IMG/VR virus record: IMGVR_UViG_3300046513_000221
Location: 199,414-263,413 of that record
DNA: 64,000 bases
Strand: one strand, 5' to 3'
Under the pieces are notes generated by a model, which searched no databases, was not told the DNA's origin, and worked only from the letters and a program-made list of their open reading frames with translations. This document shows positions 36,731 through 46,151 of the stretch, piece after piece (position 1 is the stretch's first letter; each line of letters starts with the position of its first letter). A program made the position numbers and the translations under genes.

Positions 36731-37663
36731 TTAGCCTTTGACAGCTTCAGCTTCGACTGGTGCGTCGTGGTTCAGCTTGTAGCCGTCGGTCGCTGGTGCA
36801 TCGACGCAACCGCTGACGGTGGCTGCGAATGCTTCTTCAGCCGGGGCATCAGCAGCGGCTTCGCTCTTGCAGTGCTCGCAGTCGGAGTGGTCCATGCTCT
36901 GACCGGTCACCATACCGTGCTTCTGCATGAAGCCGACGATGTAGTCGATGCCAGCAGCTTCGACGGTCTTCTCTTCTTCACCCACGACATGCGCCTTACC
37001 ATTGAAGGTCTTGGCATTCAGATCCGCGTCGTCGATGGTCAGCGTAGCGCCGTCGTTGAAGGTCACCACGTTACCGGCGACCATGTTGATGCGGATCAGC
37101 GAGACCTTCGGCATCTGGATCGGTTCAGGCTTCTCGATGTGGAAGCGACCCTCGATGATCAGGTCGCGGATTTCCTGCTCCGACATGTCGAAGTCATCGT
37201 TCTTCGAGCCGTCTTCCCACTTGACGGCGACGGTGAAGTGGCCCGGTTCGTATTCCTTCTCGATCGTGGCGGTGCCGACGCTCATGCTGCTGATGTACAG
37301 AACCAGACCGGCTTCGATCTTCAGGTCTTTGGCCGACTTGATCAGCTTGAAGTTCTGGACGGCGTACTCGATCACTTCCGGCAGGATCTTCGTGACTTCG
37401 GCGGAGACGTTCGCCAGCAAGCCCTTCAGACGCGGCAGGACGCAGTCGTCCAGACTGGTGTCGAAGGTGGCCGGGTCGTCGCCGGACTGGTTGTCCACAG
37501 CGTTCTTCAGGATGTCGGCGGCGACGAGTTGCGCCAGTGCCTTGACGACGCCTTCTTCGTTACCGTTGATCAGGTTGTCGTCGATCATTCCCGTGAACAG
37601 CGTCTGGTCTTCAGCTGGCAGGTTGGCGGTCAGGGCGGCGAATGCGTTGGTCTTGGTGTTCAT
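36731..37663 (-). CDS. Hypothetical acidic protein
   Basis: 310 aa; CEHC near C-terminus. Confidence 0.75.
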   Translation of the reverse strand: MNTKTNAFAALTANLPAEDQTLFTGMIDDNLINGNEEGVVKALAQLVAADILKNAVDNQSGDDPATFDTSLDDCVLPRLKGLLANVSAEVTKILPEVIEYAVQNFKLIKSAKDLKIEAGLVLYISSMSVGTATIEKEYEPGHFTVAVKWEDGSKNDDFDMSEQEIRDLIIEGRFHIEKPEPIQMPKVSLIRINMVAGNVVTFNDGATLTIDDADLNAKTFNGKAHVVGEEEKTVEAAGIDYIVGFMQKHGMVTGQSMDHSDCEHCKSEAAADAPAEEAFAATVSGCVDAPATDGYKLNHDAPVEAEAVKG

Positions 37664-37678
37664 ACTGTAGTGCCTTTC

Positions 37679-37891
37679 TTAGTTACCGGTATCGGTGTAG
37701 GTGCTGAGAATGATGGAGAAAGCGGAGTTGTCTACAGTCCACTTCCGAAGTACGGGGTCATGCGTTTGCGGGAAGAAGGCGTCGAGAAATGCCTCGCCGA
37801 GGTTCTTCGTTCCCTGAATGGTCGTCATGAAGGTTTCATGATACCATTTGATGAATTGTTGTTTTGGGATTCTGACTATCCCGGTACTCAT
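37679..37891 (-). CDS. Hypothetical protein
   Basis: ATGA coupling. Confidence 0.55.
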   Translation of the reverse strand: MSTGIVRIPKQQFIKWYHETFMTTIQGTKNLGEAFLDAFFPQTHDPVLRKWTVDNSAFSIILSTYTDTGN

Positions 37892-38253
37892 TTCATCTCG
37901 TCCATCTGGAGGATGAAGCGCACCTGCTTCTTCAGTTCCTCGACTTCCGGCTTGAAGCGCATCTCGGATGGCTCAGCGCAGTAGTTGAAGTTCTTCAGAC
38001 CGGTGATGTCCGGGTGCTTGATGCTAGCCACGGTGTTCCACTTGAGACCCTGTTGGTCCCAGACCTCTACCTTCGCAACGCTCTGGAAGTCGTAGGTGTC
38101 GAGGTAGATGTACACACGAACGCGGTATGCGCTCGGATCACCTGCAAAGACCGAGATGCCGAAGATCTCCTCGTAGGTATGACCCTGACGCATCCGCGTT
38201 ATCTTCTTCGAGAACGGAACCTCGGGATTCACGTACTTTTTCTTAGCTGCCAT
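37888..38253 (-). CDS. Hypothetical protein
   Basis: GGAG RBS. Confidence 0.7.
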   Translation of the reverse strand: MAAKKKYVNPEVPFSKKITRMRQGHTYEEIFGISVFAGDPSAYRVRVYIYLDTYDFQSVAKVEVWDQQGLKWNTVASIKHPDITGLKNFNYCAEPSEMRFKPEVEELKKQVRFILQMDEMK

Positions 38254-38305
38254 AAGTGCTCCCAAATTGAAACTGATGGGGAGGATCGGAACCCTCCCCG
38301 TATTA

Positions 38306-39364
38306 TTACGCCATCTCGACTGCCTCGTGGGCCATCGCGTTCAGTACGCCGAACAGCGAGCTATTCGAGCCGCTTACAACCTTGAAATCAATGTTGGCCT
38401 TGATCAACACGTCACGATGAGCGTGGTCGACCCAGTCCTTCATCAGGATTACTTCACCGACCTTCTCTGCACGACTGCGGAGCATGGTCATCGCCTCGTT
38501 GGCTTCGTGGAAACGAAGGTCAAAGAAGCGGTCATACTTGTGCTTGACTTCCGCGATCTGTTTGGGGATGAGTCCGATGATCAGGATACTCGGTTTCCGT
38601 ACAGCTGCTTCTGCGCTTTTCGGCATACGGGGGTCGTGACGACGGTCCACAGGAGGCTCCTCGACCGAACGGGCGAAGGTCTCCATCGGCTCACCACCCA
38701 TCGTGTGGGCAACTTCCTGGAACACACCAGTGAGGATCATTTTCCGTACCACGGCTGTCATGAAGTGAGCAGCTTCGGTGCAGCTGACACCATTGAGGAA
38801 AACCTCTGGTGCCTCAACAAACACCTTCGCGATGACCGGAGCGATGGCCTTCACCGGTTCCGGCAGAGACCGCACCAGCTCATCCAGCCACATCAGGTCT
38901 TCACGGCGCTGCAGACCCTTGCGCTGCTTCGGATCGAGGATCTCCTCGGCCTTCACAACCGCGTCGGTGAGCGGTATGTGAGGACATTCGGAGCGCAGAC
39001 GCTTGACCTCGACGGCCACCTGCATACGGATCTTACCACCCCAGCGGATGACGCGTGGTCCGGAACCCTCGACAACACTAGGGATGCTCTTGGTCGTCTT
39101 GGAATGCTTCTTCAGGTACTCTTGCGTTACCTGATACTCGAACATCGCTGCCGGATTCTCCGGCTGGATGCGCTCTACATCGCCGCGATTCATCAGGAAG
39201 GAGATGATCGCGTACATGCGCTTCTCGGGTGTGACCTCGTCACCGCCGATCGCCTCGTGGATCTGCTTCAGGGTCATGCGATGACCGCCCATGGTTGCGT
39301 TGGCAATTACTTCAACGGTCACGGCACGTACTTCTGCTACGGAAACTTTGCTGGACGAATTCAT
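38306..39364 (-). CDS. Putative DNA-binding protein (N-terminal wHTH-like, C-terminal DUF2325-like)
   Basis: MTLKQIHEAI..ISFLMNRGDV; ILIIG..VILMKDWVDH; early promoter at 39381-39392. Confidence 0.5.
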   Translation of the reverse strand: MNSSSKVSVAEVRAVTVEVIANATMGGHRMTLKQIHEAIGGDEVTPEKRMYAIISFLMNRGDVERIQPENPAAMFEYQVTQEYLKKHSKTTKSIPSVVEGSGPRVIRWGGKIRMQVAVEVKRLRSECPHIPLTDAVVKAEEILDPKQRKGLQRREDLMWLDELVRSLPEPVKAIAPVIAKVFVEAPEVFLNGVSCTEAAHFMTAVVRKMILTGVFQEVAHTMGGEPMETFARSVEEPPVDRRHDPRMPKSAEAAVRKPSILIIGLIPKQIAEVKHKYDRFFDLRFHEANEAMTMLRSRAEKVGEVILMKDWVDHAHRDVLIKANIDFKVVSGSNSSLFGVLNAMAHEAVEMA

Positions 39365-39430
39365 TTTTATATTTCTCCCAAAGTATATATGTAAATTGGA
39401 GGGGAATCCCATCCCCTCCGGTGATGCAGG

Positions 39431-39973
39431 TTAAACCTTGTCGATCTTGACTTTCTCGATCAGGTCGAGGTAGTCTGCGTCGGTCAGTACGCCTTCAAGG
39501 CGCTCGCCGAGCCAGTCCATGCCGTGCTCGATGTGCTCACGGATGGTAGGGTACTTGTCCATCAGGTCTTTCGTGATGATGAACAGTGCGCCGCCACCGT
39601 TATTGGTAGCCACGCCCACCCCGGCCAGAGTCTTCTCGCGGTTCAGGTTCTGCGCGAAGTCGAAGCCGGTATTCTTGTCGCCAGCACGATCGCCTTCGGG
39701 GAAGACGTGGTCGAGCGGCAGACGGATGTCTGGATTCATGTGGCTGATCATGAATTGGAAGTCAGCCTCGTTGTCGGTGACGAGATAGATATTGCCGCCC
39801 GTGGTCTCCATGAAGTCCCACGTCAGGCGCTCGTCGTCGGCAGCAACTTCACCTTCCATATCGGAAGCGAGGAAGACGTTGCGGAGGATAGCCAGCTTGT
39901 CAACTTCGCTCAGTGCAGCGTTTGCACGCAGGTTCTCGCGAAGGTTGTTGATAGATGTTCCCAGTGCTTGCAT
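39431..39973 (-). CDS. Hypothetical protein
   Basis: GGAG RBS before ATG 39973. Confidence 0.7.
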   Translation of the reverse strand: MQALGTSINNLRENLRANAALSEVDKLAILRNVFLASDMEGEVAADDERLTWDFMETTGGNIYLVTDNEADFQFMISHMNPDIRLPLDHVFPEGDRAGDKNTGFDFAQNLNREKTLAGVGVATNNGGGALFIITKDLMDKYPTIREHIEHGMDWLGERLEGVLTDADYLDLIEKVKIDKV

Positions 39974-40106
39974 TTGCTTCTCCAAAGGGTATGCTTAATT
40001 GATTTCTGTGCGCTTTTGTACAGGGACGCGCTTCCCTAAGATGTATTGAGACATGGAGAGGTGAATCCTTTGAGGCTTCTCCATGAATTTCAGCTAACTA
40101 CCGCAA

Positions 40107-40202
40107 TCACTTACCACGACGCCATTTCGCCCAGTCGCCTGGGAAAACGCCGTCACGTTCGGATTGATTTGCAGTGTTGTAGTTGAAATTGTACATCGAC
40201 AT
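40107..40202 (-). CDS. Possible 31-aa early peptide (MSMYNFNYNT...WAKWRRGK)
   Basis: Read directly; lies just downstream of the early promoter; typical codons. Confidence 0.35.
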   Translation of the reverse strand: MSMYNFNYNTANQSERDGVFPGDWAKWRRGK

Positions 40203-40243
40203 AAAACAGGATCTCTACTAAGGTTATGGCACGAATACCATAG

Positions 40244-40295
40244 CTATAATATATGCCGAATGGCCTAGACGATTCGGTTTATCAACAAACCTATA
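40244..40295. promoter_or_regulatory. Back-to-back early (-; AAACCGAATC...GCATATATTATAG) and late (+; AACA aaccta TA) promoters
   Basis: Both motifs seen directly. Confidence 0.65.
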
Positions 40296-40320
40296 ATAGA
40301 CACCAAGCAAAGGTTTCATA

Positions 40321-41631
40321 ATGGATATCGAATCGAAGCTCTTCTCCTTGAAGGGTAGCGCTATCGACCTCAAGCTGCTGCATGAGCTCCTCGCCATAAA
40401 CGAGAACGGCAAGCAGGTGGTCCACCAAAACACCAAGTTCGTACTAGACAAGGCCAAGCTCGAAGCGGCCGGATCGGAGATCCTCCTCCACAAGGACTTT
40501 GATAAGGAACTGGGCAAGGAGACGACCGTTGGCCGCTTCCTGTTCAATCTGCGCCTCTATGCCCTCTACGACCTCATGTACGAGGATGTGGAACGGAGGA
40601 ACAACCCGAAGCAGGTCGATGTGCGCAACAAATTCACTTACAAGAACATCACGCTTACCGCTAGCGCGATGGATGTACTGTATAAGGAGCTGACCGGGAT
40701 GATGATCACCTCGGAGATCACTCCCCAAGTGTCGGCCCAGTTCATCGACAACCTGAACTGGATCGGCTTCGTGCTGGTACCCTACCTCAATCCTTCCCTC
40801 GACATCAAGTCGGTCAACGCCGGTCCCGAGATCCGCAAGATCAAGGCACAGGTGCTGGAGGAGCACAAGGACATCATCATCAACAACGATGTGAAGAACT
40901 TCAACAGCGTGATCGAGGCCAAGGTGCTGAAGTCCGCTGCGGAGATCCTCGACAGGCAGCAGTCCACCGGTAAGATGATCTACGACTCCGGCGTCAATGG
41001 TACTTTCTCGAACAACTACAAGCTGACGGCCCTGTTCCGTGGCGTGGTTCCAAAGAGCGATGACCCGACGCAGTACAAGATCGGACTGTCGTCCCTGACA
41101 GACGGTGTGAGCAAGGACGAGATCGCCCTCGCGGGTGACATCGCGGTGCAAGGCTCCATCGGTCGTGCCATCTCGACGCGTCAAGGCGGTTACCTCGTCA
41201 AGCAGTTCAACTCGGCGTTCCAGTCCCTCGTGGTCGATGATCCCGGCACTAACTGCGGCTCCGTCCGCACGATCACCGTCGAGCTGGACGACAAGAACTT
41301 CGGCCAGTACCTCTACCGCTACATCATCGACGGCGGTGTGGTCGTCCAACTGTCGCAGGACAACAAGTCGAAGTATGTCGGCAAGAAGGTCAAGCTGCGT
41401 ACCCCGTTCTACTGCCGCACCGTCAAGATCTGCAACACCTGCGCCGGTGACATGCTCTACCGCCTCGGCATCAAGAACATCGGTCTGACGACCTCCAACA
41501 TCGGTTCCGCCCTGATGAATGCAGCGCTCAAGGCGTTCCACTCACTGGCCGTGAAGACCGCAAGCTACAACATCGAGGACTTCATGAGTGAAGTCAAACC
41601 ATTCAACGGCAACAACAACGGAAAACAATAA
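40321..41631 (+). CDS. RNA polymerase beta' C-terminal subunit (probably virion RNAP)
   Basis: TTVGRFLFN, SG, TRQGGYL, NCGS, LRTPFYC..ICNTCAG, ALKAFH; late promoter. Confidence 0.88.
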   Translation: MDIESKLFSLKGSAIDLKLLHELLAINENGKQVVHQNTKFVLDKAKLEAAGSEILLHKDFDKELGKETTVGRFLFNLRLYALYDLMYEDVERRNNPKQVDVRNKFTYKNITLTASAMDVLYKELTGMMITSEITPQVSAQFIDNLNWIGFVLVPYLNPSLDIKSVNAGPEIRKIKAQVLEEHKDIIINNDVKNFNSVIEAKVLKSAAEILDRQQSTGKMIYDSGVNGTFSNNYKLTALFRGVVPKSDDPTQYKIGLSSLTDGVSKDEIALAGDIAVQGSIGRAISTRQGGYLVKQFNSAFQSLVVDDPGTNCGSVRTITVELDDKNFGQYLYRYIIDGGVVVQLSQDNKSKYVGKKVKLRTPFYCRTVKICNTCAGDMLYRLGIKNIGLTTSNIGSALMNAALKAFHSLAVKTASYNIEDFMSEVKPFNGNNNGKQ

Positions 41632-42332
41632 TGGCACTATTCCTTCAAGTCCCGGCTGTGCCGGAAGAGATTCCCGTGGAGATCAAGAGCTTCGGCGAGG
41701 CCATGCTCTCCCTGTACAACACTACGTCCGAGTTCCACACCGACCTCCTGAGTGAGGGCGTCGTGGGCGATATCTTCGAATCGGTGAAGAAGCTGATCAT
41801 GTCGATCATCAACACTGTCATGAAGGTTCTGCGCTTCCTGCGCGAGAAGCTGACCGCCGCGTTGAGCTGGATCGTAGGAAAATCCGTGTCGGTGCCTGTG
41901 GCCGTGATCGCTTACTGGCAGAACACCCTGTCAGCGTGCGATGCGGCGCTGTTGGACCTCACCAGTAACATCCACGGTGACTGGGCCGACTTCAACACAC
42001 TCCGTAACATCCACGATCAGAAGATCCGGGAACCGTTTAATGCCATCCCGAAGAGCGGTGGTGCGACCAAGATCTTCAGCAAGGACGATATGTCCAAGCT
42101 GATCAATCTGGCATCGGAGACGGTGGACCTGTCCAAACAAGCCGCTGAGATCTACAAGAACGAGCTGCAGGAACTGGAAGCCGCCAAGGGCAAAATCCCC
42201 GACGACGAGTATCAGACCGAATTCAAGGTACTGCACGCCAAGTGCATCTTCATGCAGTTCATCGTCACGAATTGCGTAGGCGTGATCCAGTCGATCGCGC
42301 ACCACGGCAAACAGACCGTGGAAGCGTTCTAA
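41631..42332 (+). CDS. Internal head protein, MALFLQ family
   Basis: MALFLQ start, LSEG then amphipathic helix. Confidence 0.6.
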   Translation: MALFLQVPAVPEEIPVEIKSFGEAMLSLYNTTSEFHTDLLSEGVVGDIFESVKKLIMSIINTVMKVLRFLREKLTAALSWIVGKSVSVPVAVIAYWQNTLSACDAALLDLTSNIHGDWADFNTLRNIHDQKIREPFNAIPKSGGATKIFSKDDMSKLINLASETVDLSKQAAEIYKNELQELEAAKGKIPDDEYQTEFKVLHAKCIFMQFIVTNCVGVIQSIAHHGKQTVEAF

Positions 42333-42337
42333 AGAAA

Positions 42338-42373
42338 TAACCCCATAGGCCCGTAAAGGGTCTATGGGGGTTT
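42338..42373. terminator. Bidirectional terminator
   Basis: CCCCATAGGCCC/GGGTCTATGGGG hairpin. Confidence 0.75.
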
Positions 42374-42374
42374 C

Positions 42375-43196
42375 TTACTGCTGTATGTTACCTCTGTTCA
42401 TCAAGCCCTGCTTGGTGACAAGCGAGCCGGTGATCAGGTTCGATTTTAGACCAGCGCCGATGAAGAACACATCGAGCGTGTTCAGTGCCTGACCGGAGTG
42501 CAGGACGCTGTTCTTGTAGGTCGAGATCGATGCGGTGCCGAGTGCGGAGATCTCCGCTTGCATCTGCATCTTGTGGTTGATGTTGTCGGCGCGAGCACCC
42601 AGCAGCTCCTTGATGATGTAGTTGTCACCGGTCTTGCCTTCCAGCTTGTTGGCGACGTCGGTCATCCAGTTGAACTGGTCGCTGACGTTGTTGGTCACCG
42701 CCAGCAGAGCCGTGGTGTCACCGTCCGTCAGGCGTCCGGTACGCTCGGTCGTGGACAGGGAGCCGGTCAGCTTGGAACGAGCACCCGCCTTCATGATGTC
42801 GGTGTTCATCATGTTCTTCTTGGACAGGATCTGCTGCATCCGCTTGAGGTGGATGTACATCACCGGAACCTTGAATGGCGTGCGGACGACCTGACCGTCA
42901 GGCGTGGTGTGCCGGACGTACACGAACTCCTCCAGAGGCAGCTTCAGATACTTCGCAGCGGCCTCCACGGTGTCCATGTTGATCTTCTTCTTCTCGTAGA
43001 GGTCCATCTCGACGTAGAAGTTGTTGTTGTCGCTCGAAGCCATCTTGCGGAAGTACGCCATGAACTGGGCGTCCGACATCTTGTCGAACTGGGCTTTGTA
43101 CTTGGCGGCATTCTTGCCGGAAGGATCGAGAATCTTCAGGGTAGTGAGGATTTTATCCTCAACCTGTTTTCTTTTCTGAGGTGTGATCGATGCCAT
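42375..43196 (-). CDS. RNA polymerase beta extreme C-terminal subunit (probably virion RNAP)
   Basis: PVMYIHLKRMQQ, RSKLTG, GRLTDGD..ALLA, ELLGARAD correspond to the beta C-terminus. Confidence 0.75.
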   Translation of the reverse strand: MASITPQKRKQVEDKILTTLKILDPSGKNAAKYKAQFDKMSDAQFMAYFRKMASSDNNNFYVEMDLYEKKKINMDTVEAAAKYLKLPLEEFVYVRHTTPDGQVVRTPFKVPVMYIHLKRMQQILSKKNMMNTDIMKAGARSKLTGSLSTTERTGRLTDGDTTALLAVTNNVSDQFNWMTDVANKLEGKTGDNYIIKELLGARADNINHKMQMQAEISALGTASISTYKNSVLHSGQALNTLDVFFIGAGLKSNLITGSLVTKQGLMNRGNIQQ

Positions 43197-43204
43197 TGAA
43201 TTTC

Positions 43205-43696
43205 CTATTTCAGTTCAAGCGTATACTGTCCGAGAAACGCCTTAGCGTCTATGGTTTCTACCCGGATGATCTCACGCTTAGGGATATGCTGGTCCGTCTT
43301 GTACTCATCGACGGCATTGTTGAACTTGTTATTCACCGGGATGAATCTATCCGGAGCGATACAGTACACGTAGAACTGCTTGACTCGCTCAATATCGGTC
43401 GTCGATATCGGTGAATAGCCCTCGATGGTCATGATGCCCTTCTCAGTCTTAAATCGCCTGACTTCCAGACCGATTTGTGTCAGAGACGAGGCAAAGCCCA
43501 TCTCAGCGGCTAGCTGGCGTCCCGCAGATGCATACAAGAACTTGTTGCTCTCAGTCTCGTCCCACTGTATCTCTGCCTTGGTATGATCGATTCCCGGTTT
43601 GAGGGTGTCGGTCAAATAGTACGATCCATGGTAGAGAACGAGTGGATTGACTTTCTCGCTAAGCAAAAACCTGATCATATGGTCGGTATTCATCAT
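43205..43696 (-). CDS. Putative ADP-ribosyltransferase (Arr-like), possibly virion-packaged
   Basis: LYHGS...LKPG...FLYAS..A, YVY, late DEY; N-terminal LLSE. Confidence 0.45.
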   Translation of the reverse strand: MMNTDHMIRFLLSEKVNPLVLYHGSYYLTDTLKPGIDHTKAEIQWDETESNKFLYASAGRQLAAEMGFASSLTQIGLEVRRFKTEKGIMTIEGYSPISTTDIERVKQFYVYCIAPDRFIPVNNKFNNAVDEYKTDQHIPKREIIRVETIDAKAFLGQYTLELK

Positions 43697-43699
43697 AGA

Positions 43700-44890
43700 T
43701 CACCGGCATTTGTGGAGCACTATGAGATAAACAAAGTAGGAATACACCGCGTTGCGGTAGGCCATCTTCGTCGGGATGCGGTTCGTGGCAGCGTACTTAC
43801 TGCAGTGCAGCATCAGGAACTTATCGAGGATCACCTTGATCTGGATCAGATCCTGATTCGTGGTGTTCGAGATCGAGATCTGGCGCAGGGCCATGGTGAT
43901 GAAGTCCGAGCTACAGACCTTCTCGAACGCCTGTGGATCGGCATCGGAGATGATGTTGAAGAGCATACGGAGCATGCTGTCCAGTGTCTCAGGGTTCTCC
44001 TTGATGCGGATCTCGTTGAGCGCCTGATAGACCGTCATGAACGGCAGATTGTTCTTGTTGCTGACCAGCTTCGTCAGACCCATGTTGATCTTCATCGACA
44101 CGTAGTCGTGGACGACGGACTGCGCCAGCTGGTGGATGGTGTCGGACAGGTTGGTCTTATCGACCATCTCGTCCTTGTCATCGAACGACTTCTCGGTGTT
44201 CAGGTAGTTCTTCTTGTCGCGGTTGTCGTAGTACTCCTCCGCGATGCCGTTGATGATCTTACCGATCCGGTTCTCCATCTGAGGGATGTACGTCAGGTAC
44301 GCCTCGTCGGTGCCGTCGGTCAGGATGCGCTTGTACGTCTCGTGGGACGTCATCACCGTGTCCTTGATCACGTTGTAGTTGTTCTGCAGCTGCTTGTACT
44401 TGAACTTGTTGCTCAAGTTGTTCATGGTATACGCCATGATCTGCGGGTTCGGCGGGAACTGCCAGCTGCGGCGCTGGCGTGAGGAGAAGAACTTCATCGA
44501 CAGGTACATGATGAAGAGCTGGGCTTCAGTATCCTTCTTTTGGATCGTCAGTTCGCGGATCACGAGCCACGACAGCATGGTGAACGGGTCGTTCAGCAGC
44601 ACGAATGCCTCGCCACGCTTGTTCACATAGCCGAATTCCTTGACGTTATCCTTGAGTGTGGACACGATGTAGCCCGACACCTCCTCCGGCGCGATGTCCG
44701 TGAGATCGAACACCACGTTCTGGTCTTTCACCGCGAAGATGAGACGCTGGGCCGGGGAGCTGTCGAAGATGATTGCGTGGTTGGCATCGAAGTACTTCTG
44801 GATGCTGAGAACGGCGGCGCGCAGCTTGGCCTTGTCGTTCACTGCTTCCTTGATGCGTTCTTCAAAACCTTTGATGATGTAGGAAGACAT
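43700..44890 (-). CDS. Conserved late protein, co-transcribed with vRNAP subunit
   Basis: About 396 aa helical ORF; late promoter at 44933-44944. Confidence 0.7.
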   Translation of the reverse strand: MSSYIIKGFEERIKEAVNDKAKLRAAVLSIQKYFDANHAIIFDSSPAQRLIFAVKDQNVVFDLTDIAPEEVSGYIVSTLKDNVKEFGYVNKRGEAFVLLNDPFTMLSWLVIRELTIQKKDTEAQLFIMYLSMKFFSSRQRRSWQFPPNPQIMAYTMNNLSNKFKYKQLQNNYNVIKDTVMTSHETYKRILTDGTDEAYLTYIPQMENRIGKIINGIAEEYYDNRDKKNYLNTEKSFDDKDEMVDKTNLSDTIHQLAQSVVHDYVSMKINMGLTKLVSNKNNLPFMTVYQALNEIRIKENPETLDSMLRMLFNIISDADPQAFEKVCSSDFITMALRQISISNTTNQDLIQIKVILDKFLMLHCSKYAATNRIPTKMAYRNAVYSYFVYLIVLHKCR

Positions 44891-44932
44891 ATTTCTTCTT
44901 TCGGAAAAGTGTTGCCGCACAATGGTGCTTAC

Positions 44933-44944
44933 TAGTCTATTGTT
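44933..44944 (-). promoter_or_regulatory. Late promoter AACA-N6-TA
   Basis: Minus AACA atagac TA. Confidence 0.65.
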
Positions 44945-45021
44945 AACCAGAAAGCTGTTTTCCTTTAGAAGTAAAGAAAAAAAGAAGCGCCAACGCCCGG
45001 ATGTGGACGTTGGCGGTTTTC

Positions 45022-45630
45022 TTAGATCGACAGCATGTTGATCAGGCGGGTCAGGGTCTCGTTGTCACGGGACGCTGCGATCAGCTCGGCGTCGATGTTC
45101 TGGTGCAGCGAGGAACGGTTCTCGTTCGCCGGGATCGAGTCCTGCAGGGTGCGTTCGTGAGCGGCCAGAACCGGCGTCAGGCGCTTCTCCAGTTCCACCA
45201 GCAGTTCAGCACGGCGCTGGGTCTGCTCGCCCAGAGCTTGAACTGCGATGGAGATGCCGGAGCTGGCGTGCGATGCACGGACGATGCTGGTGGTGTTGAC
45301 TGCGGATGCCTTGATACCGAAGGTCTTCGGGGTTGCAGCATCTGCGAGCAGCTGCATCTGCTTACCCAGATCCATTGGATCCCGGACGGTATCGCGGTCG
45401 CTCGTCGGCGATGCTTCCGTCACACCGTCGCTCAGATCCTGAATCGAGCGTGCGGCGCGGCGCGGCTTGATAGCTACGGATACAGCGATGCCGCCGATGT
45501 GGCGGGTACGTGGCTTCTTCGGTGTAGTTTCCACTTGGGCAGCTGCCTTGGCGGCGCGGCGGGTGGCGACAGTTTCCGGAGTCTTCGCCTTCGGGATACG
45601 ACGGGTGGTAGTTGCTTGTTGCTTAGGCAT
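45022..45630 (-). CDS. Hypothetical protein with basic N-terminus and coiled-coil C-terminus
   Basis: GGAGG RBS. Confidence 0.7.
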   Translation of the reverse strand: MPKQQATTTRRIPKAKTPETVATRRAAKAAAQVETTPKKPRTRHIGGIAVSVAIKPRRAARSIQDLSDGVTEASPTSDRDTVRDPMDLGKQMQLLADAATPKTFGIKASAVNTTSIVRASHASSGISIAVQALGEQTQRRAELLVELEKRLTPVLAAHERTLQDSIPANENRSSLHQNIDAELIAASRDNETLTRLINMLSI

Positions 45631-45685
45631 GGTATTCCTCCTGTTTCAGATTGGGGTGTGCCACCAATAAGACGGTGGCAGTTCT

Positions 45686-46087
45686 TTACACTGGTGCTGC
45701 GACGACGTGGGTCGGCTTCTTCGGGTCGATGTAGACCTCGCGGCACAGGTCGGCGAAGTCGGACTCGGTGAAGCCGCGATCCAGCATCACTTTCTTGACG
45801 CGGTTGAGGAATTTACCTTCCTCTTCCACTTTCTTGCGGTTAGCTTCCTCGCGACGATCGGCTTCATCGCGAGCGCTCATTTCCTTGAACATCTGGTCGG
45901 GACTACGGCGGTAGGTCTCCAGATCGTTACGGTCCAGCATATCGCCTTCGGTCAGACGAACCTCACCGACAGTACTCTTCGGATCCGCCAGATCGTAGCG
46001 ACGAATCTCGGTGGTCCCGCCAGAGGCGGTGATGGTCAACAGGTGGGCCTTCTTTGGACCGCTGTCGCTACGCAGACTGCTATTCAT
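45686..46087 (-). CDS. Hypothetical protein
   Basis: AAGGA RBS before ATG 46087. Confidence 0.7.
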   Translation of the reverse strand: MNSSLRSDSGPKKAHLLTITASGGTTEIRRYDLADPKSTVGEVRLTEGDMLDRNDLETYRRSPDQMFKEMSARDEADRREEANRKKVEEEGKFLNRVKKVMLDRGFTESDFADLCREVYIDPKKPTHVVAAPV

Positions 46088-46151
46088 GTTTGATTCCTTC
46101 AGGTTAAGAGGGAGGAGTGCCCAGACAACAGGCACTCCTCTCACTCAGGTT

